Virus record (IMG/VR): IMGVR_UViG_3300036770_008728
Span: 1-64,000 of that record
Source: a virus
Strand: one strand, 5' to 3'
Length of the DNA: 64,000 bases
Numbering within the stretch: position 1 is the stretch's first letter; every line of letters begins with the position of its first letter. A program made the translations under genes and the position numbers. This document shows, piece by piece, positions 57,304-64,000 of the stretch. The notes below the pieces were generated by a model. The model was not told where the DNA came from, did not search any database, and saw only the letters and a list, made by a program, of their open reading frames with translations.

Positions 57304-58058
57304 TGTCTCGTAATGGAGGCCCCCGGCTCCACGGGGGCGACTTCAGTTTTGTTCAGGGGCTGGACCGGCAGAAGTTTTTCACTTACGTATCGTTCAATGA
57401 AGTGCCGAGGTTTATCGGCCTGATTGACGAAGAGGAACGGCTGGGCCGTTTCAAGGCGTTGGTGGCCGAGATACGGGCTGAGCACAAAATTAAAAGCCTT
57501 CATGCCATGGCAAAAATCATGGGTAAAAACGCCGATGATTTCAGGAAACTGCAGTTCCATTCAGCGAAGACAGTTCCATTCGGCATGACCATGGACATGT
57601 GTTACCTGTTTCAAAAAGACCCTGCCAGGGTATTCCCAGAGCTTATCTGGATGCGTGACCTCTGGTTGGAAGACATGAAGCTGGTAATTGCAAGCGCACA
57701 GGCTTTTGCAGCGATTGGCGACCTTAAAGGTGTCACTGAGTGCCTTGAGGCATTAAAGCTCGGCATAGGCGTTTACACAGAGCCAGAGACCGCCTCAAAA
57801 CTTACCCCATTACTCCAGAGCACCGACGCTCACTTTACACAGCGCTACTGTTCCAACCAATGGATCCGGAAACAGATGCGGAATCAACTTCAGACGATGC
57901 CCTATCAACGAGCCGAACAGCTCAATCAGCAGGTGGCAGACCGTTTAGAACATGACAGGGGCGAAATTTATGAAATCCTCAGCGCAGAAAAGGCTAATAC
58001 CGAAGCAGCCGATAGACGACGGGCTGATCGACTTCGAAGAAGTGCAAAAAAACCGTGA
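57303..58058 (+). CDS. Putative HTH (XRE-like) transcription regulator
   Basis: SLHAMAKIMGKNADDFRKLQ....VPF.....MC..F..DP..VF. Confidence 0.5.
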   Translation: MSRNGGPRLHGGDFSFVQGLDRQKFFTYVSFNEVPRFIGLIDEEERLGRFKALVAEIRAEHKIKSLHAMAKIMGKNADDFRKLQFHSAKTVPFGMTMDMCYLFQKDPARVFPELIWMRDLWLEDMKLVIASAQAFAAIGDLKGVTECLEALKLGIGVYTEPETASKLTPLLQSTDAHFTQRYCSNQWIRKQMRNQLQTMPYQRAEQLNQQVADRLEHDRGEIYEILSAEKANTEAADRRRADRLRRSAKKP

Positions 58059-59502
58059 GCTGTTAAGCCTCCGGCAATACCAAACGAACCACCTGGGTTT
58101 TTTCCTGAAGGAATGGCGAGCGGTCGACCGTTCCGATGCCGGCACCGGTAAAACTCCGGTGATGTGCTTGTGGCTTTATGCCCGGTCTCAGGAAGACCGC
58201 TGCATCTGGGCCATGCCAAAGTCACTGCTCTCGAAAAACTACGAAGAGCTACTGCTCTGGAGCAACCTGCAGCCGCATCAAATCGTGCTGGTCGACGGTA
58301 CCCCCGAGCAGCGTAAGAAACAGATGGACTGGAAAGACGGCCGCGTCTTCTTGATGGGCTTTGACACCTTTGCCAACAACTGGGAGTACCTGCGGAGTAA
58401 GTATTCCAACGTGGTGCACTTTTGCGGGGATGAGTTCCACCGGGGATTCAGTACTCACGGCGTTCGGAACTGGCGAAATCCGCTGAAGTTCGACGGTCCG
58501 CGCCGGACAGTGATGCTGTACGAGTTCCTTCACAAGGGCGGTAGCATGTTGGCTACCACCGGAACGTTGATTAACGGCAGGCTGACGTCGGCATTTCCGG
58601 TCATCCACCTGATTAATCCGGTGTACTACGGAACCTATTCAACCTTCGAGTCATGGCATTGCATCCTGGATAACTGGGGCAAGCCCATCATGTACAAGAA
58701 CCATGACCGACTCTCAGCCATTTTAGACAAGCATGGCCGGCGTATTACATACCAAGAAGCATACGGTGAGGAGAACAAACAAATCTTCGTCATCCAGTGC
58801 AACATGGGTGTAAACCAGAAAAAAGCCTACAAGCAGTTTGAAGAGCGGGCGATTTTGGAGCTGGAAGACGGGTTCATCGAATCGAAGAGCTCAGCCACCA
58901 CGCTGCGAAAATGTATGGAACTGATGCAGGTCCCGGAGCTGTTTGATATTCAGGACAACAACGACGATGGCAAAGAAGCCCATTTGCGGGATGAAGTGGA
59001 GCTGGCCATTGAAGAGAAGCAGCAGTTGCTGATTTTCGACCCGATTAAGAATGCCCAGGCTAAATGGGCACGTATCCTCAATGACATGGGGCGCAAAGCC
59101 GAGGTCATGAATGGGGATGTGACGGGCACCCAGCGGATGTGGCAGGACAAACGGTTCCGTGAGGGTGAAATCACAGATCTGGTTTGCAGCCCGGATGTGG
59201 CTGGTGTCGGTTTTAACTGGGAGCATGTCAACACCGTCATCTTCATGATGTTGGACTGGCAGGACACCACGTTCATTCAGAACTACCGGCGAGCACTGAG
59301 GGGCACTCGGACAAAACCATTGCGTATCTTGGTGTTTCAGTATCGGGCCAGCATCGACCAGAAAATTGCCCAAAAGCTCAACTGGAAATCGGAGAACCGG
59401 TTGCGGGTTGAAGGGGGCACCGAGGTCAATATTGGTGGCAAACCGAAAGCCGACAAAATGAGTTTGTCGATGGAAGATATCGTAAAAACGGGTACAAATT
59501 GA
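57952..59502 (+). CDS. SF2 (SNF2-like) helicase; start uncertain
   Basis: LRQYQ, DAGTGKT, DEFH, TGT, GVGFN, QNYRR. Confidence 0.9.
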   Translation: MTGAKFMKSSAQKRLIPKQPIDDGLIDFEEVQKNRELLSLRQYQTNHLGFFLKEWRAVDRSDAGTGKTPVMCLWLYARSQEDRCIWAMPKSLLSKNYEELLLWSNLQPHQIVLVDGTPEQRKKQMDWKDGRVFLMGFDTFANNWEYLRSKYSNVVHFCGDEFHRGFSTHGVRNWRNPLKFDGPRRTVMLYEFLHKGGSMLATTGTLINGRLTSAFPVIHLINPVYYGTYSTFESWHCILDNWGKPIMYKNHDRLSAILDKHGRRITYQEAYGEENKQIFVIQCNMGVNQKKAYKQFEERAILELEDGFIESKSSATTLRKCMELMQVPELFDIQDNNDDGKEAHLRDEVELAIEEKQQLLIFDPIKNAQAKWARILNDMGRKAEVMNGDVTGTQRMWQDKRFREGEITDLVCSPDVAGVGFNWEHVNTVIFMMLDWQDTTFIQNYRRALRGTRTKPLRILVFQYRASIDQKIAQKLNWKSENRLRVEGGTEVNIGGKPKADKMSLSMEDIVKTGTN

Positions 59503-59580
59503 CCTGTGGATAGAATTCTGCAAGCGAGGAACGGCGGGCACTCCAATTAGATCAGATACACATTCTAATTAAAATGTGTG

Positions 59581-59612
59581 TCTATATAATTAGAACCGAG
59601 GGTCTGACCCGC
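59581..59612 (+). promoter_or_regulatory. Promoter -10 plus operator-like element, repeated inverted at 34263-34294
   Basis: TATAATTAGAACC(G/T)AGGGTCTGACC, 29/32 identity between copies. Confidence 0.7.
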
Positions 59613-59642
59613 TAAAAACAATCAAAATTAGGATTAACAACC

Positions 59643-59939
59643 ATGGCTAAATCTGCCTTGAATTTCAAAATTTTTAACCTGTTCACCAGTGCGATTGGGA
59701 TGAATGAAGCTCAAACCAACCCACACAACGACCGGTTGAACGAGCTGTCCATTATGTCCAATTCAATGCTGACCCATTACCTGGTGGCTCCCGCTGCCGA
59801 GCGGCAACAAGTACTGACTCAGCTTCAAGAAACGTTGAATTTGGCGCTGGACCAGCTTCAAACCGGCCTGGCTCTCATCGAAGAAGAGCAAGCCCTCCTG
59901 CAGGCGGAGATTACCCCCTTGTCGAATACAGAAAGCTGA
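59643..59939 (+). CDS. Hypothetical coiled-coil protein
   Basis: Conserved RBS motif. Confidence 0.75.
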   Translation: MAKSALNFKIFNLFTSAIGMNEAQTNPHNDRLNELSIMSNSMLTHYLVAPAAERQQVLTQLQETLNLALDQLQTGLALIEEEQALLQAEITPLSNTES

Positions 59940-60114
59940 TTACACTTGTCCTCAGCTAATACCTCGTAACATTGGTCAACCCCCGGTACTGGGGGTTTCT
60001 TTGAGGTTTAGCTTGAGACTGAGCGTATCGGCCTTGGACCTTCCAAGGTTCAATTCCGATGCTCTTAGCATCTCCACAATCTGGGATTAACAATCATAAT
60101 CGAGGTAAAAAATC

Positions 60115-61068
60115 ATGACTATGAACATTGACGCCATGATCGCAAACGCTAATCAATCTGCTAATCAACAAACTCAACAAGCGGTCACTATCGACCAGAC
60201 CGTTGTCCACACTCAAACTGTAAATCAAGCTCAGAATACCCAGGTAGACGTCGTTGACGACGAAGAAGCTGAACTGATGCGTCAGTTAGAAGCCAAACGT
60301 GCGGCGAAAGCGGCCGCGGCAGCGCAAGCAGCCAGCCCTCAAGCCGGCCAAGCTGTGAGTCAGGTTCAACCACAGTATCTGCCTGCAGGTGCCCAGCAAA
60401 CTGTCGCTGTTCAGCAAAATGCTCAGGTCCCTGTTGCAGGTGCCACCGGTGCGGCGGCTCTGCCAGCGCACTTAGCGGCGTCGTTAATGCAGCCGATGAG
60501 CATGGATATGGAAACCTTCATGTCCATGGGGATGTCGGTGGACCTGTGGCTGAAGCCAAGTTATGCCGGCCTGACTGTGGGTGACAATGCCACACCAGTA
60601 CCTCACATGGATGTCGTTATTGATATGACTGAAAAAGTGGGTTTCCAGCTGGCCATGGCTATTCGTTATGGCAGTGAGCCAAATGTGAAGTACGACTACA
60701 CCCATGACTGCGTGACAAACAAAGATGGCCGCCCTTGGGCGGATGCTTTGGCTTTAGCATATCAACTGGATCCTAAAGTCAGCCCATACCGCTGCGTTCA
60801 GCTGCCGATGGTCGTGGCAGACGAAACTAAAAACTTCCAGAACCAGGTTGTTGCCCTGCCGGGTCAAACCGTGGGTTACACCACCGCTGTTACCGGTTGG
60901 AGTGCATGGCAGAACTTCTACATGCAAGTTCAACGGGCAGGACTACTGGGCCATAAGGTGAAAGTTCGCCTGACCAACGAAGCGAAAATGAAAGACACCA
61001 ACAAATGGGGTCTGATTAAGTTTGAGCTTCTGGGTGTTGCTGACGCGACACAGCAAAAAACAGCGTAA
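60115..61068 (+). CDS. Putative single-stranded DNA-binding protein
   Basis: Gln/Ala-rich N-terminus, aromatic/beta C-domain, between helicase and exonuclease; call from gene order. Confidence 0.5.
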   Translation: MTMNIDAMIANANQSANQQTQQAVTIDQTVVHTQTVNQAQNTQVDVVDDEEAELMRQLEAKRAAKAAAAAQAASPQAGQAVSQVQPQYLPAGAQQTVAVQQNAQVPVAGATGAAALPAHLAASLMQPMSMDMETFMSMGMSVDLWLKPSYAGLTVGDNATPVPHMDVVIDMTEKVGFQLAMAIRYGSEPNVKYDYTHDCVTNKDGRPWADALALAYQLDPKVSPYRCVQLPMVVADETKNFQNQVVALPGQTVGYTTAVTGWSAWQNFYMQVQRAGLLGHKVKVRLTNEAKMKDTNKWGLIKFELLGVADATQQKTA

Positions 61069-61136
61069 TCGCTACCGGAGGCCGGCAAACGCCGGCCTCC
61101 ACAAACAATTCGGATTAACAAACAAGCAGGTGACCT

Positions 61137-61934
61137 ATGCTCCGCATAATCGACGGTAACAACCGTTTCCGTGCTCACTTCGAAAAACAAGGCCCACAGG
61201 CCCTCAGTAATCTCTACAACCACAGCGTGACGTTCAACTCAGGTGACAAAGTGATCTGGGTGTGGGATGCCCCGGGTGGTTCCGGTGCCAGAAAGTCTAT
61301 TTATCCGGCCTACAAAGGCGCAACGGATAATATCCCGACAGACCATTTCTTTGAGACCATGAAGTTCTTCAAAGAAATCCTGCGGCATTCAAACTGCCTG
61401 CAGATTGAAGTACCTGAGTTTGAAGCGGATGACGTCATTGCCGCTCTTGCCTTGGGGAGTTCGCAAGAAATACTTATCGACAGTAGTGATGCTGATTTCC
61501 TCGTTCTGGTGAATGACCGGATCCAGAGCACACGAGACCCCATCAAAGGTGTTGATGCTCGGCATGTCCGGCTTTACAAAACGCTGGTGGGTGATACCTC
61601 GGATAATATTCCGGGCCTTAAAGGTTTTGGGGAGAAGGGCTTTATTACTCTTCCCGACAGCACGAAAGACCTTTTGGTCAGCCACTTCGCAGGAACTCAA
61701 AACCTGACTGGTGCAGACACCATGCAACTCTGTGGCTTCAAAAAGGCCCAGGCAGCGAACTGGGATTTGATGCAGGCCGACCTTCAAACCTTCTGGCGGA
61801 TCGTGGGGTTCTTCGACTTACCGCCTGAACTTCTTCAAAAACATATCACTGCCGGTGTTCACAACCCGCTTGAAGCTCAGAAGCTGTTGGCTTCTCAGCT
61901 GATGACGATGGCACCGACAATGGGAGCTGTCTAA
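61137..61934 (+). CDS. 5'-3' exonuclease (PolI N-terminal / FEN-like)
   Basis: IIDGNN, WD, R..IYP.YK, EADDVI, D.D, LVGDTSDNIPG.KG.G. Confidence 0.95.
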   Translation: MLRIIDGNNRFRAHFEKQGPQALSNLYNHSVTFNSGDKVIWVWDAPGGSGARKSIYPAYKGATDNIPTDHFFETMKFFKEILRHSNCLQIEVPEFEADDVIAALALGSSQEILIDSSDADFLVLVNDRIQSTRDPIKGVDARHVRLYKTLVGDTSDNIPGLKGFGEKGFITLPDSTKDLLVSHFAGTQNLTGADTMQLCGFKKAQAANWDLMQADLQTFWRIVGFFDLPPELLQKHITAGVHNPLEAQKLLASQLMTMAPTMGAV

Positions 61935-62941
61935 TGCAGAACATCCATGTAGAACTGATTCAGGCCAGCGTAGGCCCGAACGGTATTCCAATCCACACCT
62001 TTCGAATGACTTACCCGCGGTTTATTCATGCTGAATGTAAGACACACCGGTTACTGAAAATTGACGATGAAAATTGGATTGTCGAGCAGGAACTGGCGCT
62101 GATGGACGATGTGAACCTGAGCCGTAACGCTGCCAGTAGTCGTGCTATCCCAGTTGAAAAAATGCTGGAACAAATCACCAACCAACCGGCGATGCCCGTG
62201 CACTGGGGTAAAAATCAGTCCGGTATGCAGGCTCGGGAAGAGTTAAGTCCAGAAGAAGCGTCAGCAGCTGAAGTGTGGTGGCGCCAGGGTGCCCAGCTGA
62301 TGGTGGACCACGTTCGTAACTGTCCCGTCCCTCTGCACAAGCAGGTTATCAACCGGCCGCTGGAAACGTGGATGCTAATGACCGTTGTCGTCACCGCAAC
62401 CGACTGGAACAACTGGCGGGCGTTAAGAGCGCACCCTGATGCACAGCCGGAGATTTATGAGCTGGCCAAGCAAGTGGTTGAGCTGCTGGACAACACCGAG
62501 CCATTTCAGTTGAGAGCTGGTGATCTGCATGTGCCGTTTGTTGAGAGGCAGCGTGAACCTGAGGGGTACCTTCATTATTTCATTGTTGAAAACGATGGCA
62601 CCCGTGTCTACCTGAACTCAGACCAAGTACTTCAAGTCTCAGCCAGTTGCTCGGCTCAAACCAGTTTCCGTGCTTTGGACTTCTCGTTGGACAAGGCCCA
62701 GCGGATCTACAAAAAACTGGTGGAAGACCGTCCGGTCCACGCCTCTCCATTTGAACATCAGGCCATAGCTTTGTTTAGTGACGAAGATATCAAAGTCCGG
62801 ACTATCAATGGTATCTGTGGGGGGCTCGAATTCCCTGAAGGCATCACCCATATCGACAGAAACCTTGAACTGTGGTCAGGCAATCTGCGTGGCTGGGTAC
62901 AACATCGTCAACTCATCAATGGCCACCATGTGCCAGGTTAA
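61934..62941 (+). CDS. thyX: FAD-dependent thymidylate synthase
   Basis: PRFIHAE..THR ... SRNAASSRA, HPDAQPEI..LA, HASPFEH. Confidence 0.85.
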   Translation: MQNIHVELIQASVGPNGIPIHTFRMTYPRFIHAECKTHRLLKIDDENWIVEQELALMDDVNLSRNAASSRAIPVEKMLEQITNQPAMPVHWGKNQSGMQAREELSPEEASAAEVWWRQGAQLMVDHVRNCPVPLHKQVINRPLETWMLMTVVVTATDWNNWRALRAHPDAQPEIYELAKQVVELLDNTEPFQLRAGDLHVPFVERQREPEGYLHYFIVENDGTRVYLNSDQVLQVSASCSAQTSFRALDFSLDKAQRIYKKLVEDRPVHASPFEHQAIALFSDEDIKVRTINGICGGLEFPEGITHIDRNLELWSGNLRGWVQHRQLINGHHVPG

Positions 62942-62950
62942 GGACCTCCT

Positions 62951-63865
62951 ATGTTTTTTGAAAATCTGAAGATTTACCGTGTGACTGAAAAGCTCCCGTT
63001 TGTTAAAGACGAAGACGCGCTTCAAGCCCAGTTGGAAGAGCATCAGTTCACTCCCTGCATGGCACATGACATGTTGAAGATGGGCTTTGTATCTCCGTTG
63101 GTTCCTGGCGGTAAGCAGCTGTTCCGAAACGTCGGCGGTAACTACTACTTTGCCCTGAAGCGTCAGTGGAAGGTGTTGAAGTCCACCATGATCAACGAGC
63201 AGCTGCAGCCGCAGATCACCCAGAAAGAACAGGAACGGGGCCGGCCGCTGGGACGTAAAGAAAAGTCGGGTCTGAAAGATGAAACCATCCAAAGTCTGTT
63301 GCCACGGGCGTTGACCGAATCATCTACTATCGTTGGGATGTATGTCCCGGCGAAAGACCTGCTGATTTTCAATACCAGCAGTCATGGCCGTGCTGAAGAC
63401 TTTATGGCTTTGTTACGTAAAGCTCTGGGCAGTTTACCCGCGGTACCATGGTTTGATGCGAACAAACTGTCCTTTGCAATGAATTCCTGGTTGGGCCAAC
63501 AACACCTGCCACAGGATTTTGTGCTGGGTCACACCGTAGAGCTGAAAGCGCCCGATGAAGACGGTGCAGTGGCACAGTTCAAATCTCACCTGTTGACCGG
63601 CGCCGACGTTCAAAGCCATTTAGAAGACAAAATGGTGACGAAGCTGGAGCTCTATAAGCCTGAGCATTTAAGTTTCACGATTGTTGAAGATGGCCGGATC
63701 TGCAAACTCCGCTGGCGAGAGCTCCTTATTAACCAGAACGATGAGCTGGGCTGGGAAGATTTGGAGGCCCGACTTGAAGCAGACAGTCTGCTGATGTTGG
63801 ATACCATTACAACTTTGTTGGACAAACTGACGGGCTCAATGCAAGCCGTTGACGACGCAGCGTGA
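62951..63865 (+). CDS. rdgC: Recombination-associated protein RdgC
   Basis: MFF.NL.IYR, F.PC....GFV.P, LLPRA, LLRKALGSLP, V.KL.L. Confidence 0.95.
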   Translation: MFFENLKIYRVTEKLPFVKDEDALQAQLEEHQFTPCMAHDMLKMGFVSPLVPGGKQLFRNVGGNYYFALKRQWKVLKSTMINEQLQPQITQKEQERGRPLGRKEKSGLKDETIQSLLPRALTESSTIVGMYVPAKDLLIFNTSSHGRAEDFMALLRKALGSLPAVPWFDANKLSFAMNSWLGQQHLPQDFVLGHTVELKAPDEDGAVAQFKSHLLTGADVQSHLEDKMVTKLELYKPEHLSFTIVEDGRICKLRWRELLINQNDELGWEDLEARLEADSLLMLDTITTLLDKLTGSMQAVDDAA

Positions 63866-63870
63866 CAATC

Positions 63871-63893
63871 AGGGTGGCTTCGGCCACCCCTTT
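63871..63893 (+). terminator. cUUCGg terminator hairpin
   Basis: GGGTGGC TTCG GCCACCC CTTT. Confidence 0.75.
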
Positions 63894-63913
63894 AAAATTT
63901 GGGATTAGCAAAC

Positions 63914-64000
63914 ATGCGGTTATTTAACGAAATCACAGGGCGCTGGGAGCAGTTGGTCGATGCCACCAATATGCACATCTTCATCCCCCAGATTGTAGCG
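63914..64000 (+). CDS. Partial hypothetical protein (runs off window)
   Basis: Motif variant GGGATTAGCAAAC ATG. Confidence 0.6.
   Translation, partial: MRLFNEITGRWEQLVDATNMHIFIPQIVA

Larger units (their letters stand above)
1..64000. mobile_element. Temperate siphovirus-type phage/prophage (extends beyond window)
   Basis: Integrase, full head/tail/lysis set, XRE regulator, replication genes; no host genes recognised. Confidence 0.95.

Noticed and set aside
60015-60076. tRNA gene (GGTTCAATTCC and terminal CCA)
   Set aside because: No D arm or anticodon arm geometry; kept only as a structured element
1707-63916. Motif as a pure DNA stoperator or CsrA site
   Set aside because: Near-fixed spacing to ATG, wobble-type variation and the inverted copy in a promoter-terminator unit fit RNA pairing better; downgraded, not disproved

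Overview
The window is part of a large temperate siphovirus-type phage or prophage; no host genes are recognisable. It opens with a P4-like tyrosine integrase (1-1194, +). A minus-strand late region (about 31.5 kb to 1.2 kb) encodes endolysin, gpA-type terminase, portal, protease, capsid, head-tail proteins, tail tube, G/GT chaperones, tape measure, lambda-like M/L/K/I/J tail tip, fibre, holin and spanins. After a repeat-rich non-coding block (34.0-35.1 kb) comes a long plus-strand early region of small genes plus C5 methyltransferase, ligase, DGQHR/DndB-like protein, two helicases, a putative SSB, 5'-3' exonuclease, ThyX and RdgC. A minus-strand XRE-regulator operon (38.7-39.8 kb) interrupts it. 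Main finding: 29 gene starts (counted by eye) on both strands share an extended ribosome-binding motif, (AACCATT)AGGATTAACAAAC-ATG. One copy lies in the opposite orientation, inside a predicted ~76-nt RNA (12383 to 12308, minus strand) with its own sigma70-like promoter, 5' hairpin and intrinsic terminator. This suggests one phage sRNA that pairs with the translation-initiation regions of much of the genome. Also noted: ORF-less motif copies in the early leader, two families of covarying hairpins in front of the motif, a structured RNA carrying an initiator-tRNA anticodon arm, and a second promoter/operator motif family. All product calls come from motif recognition and gene order, not from database searches.
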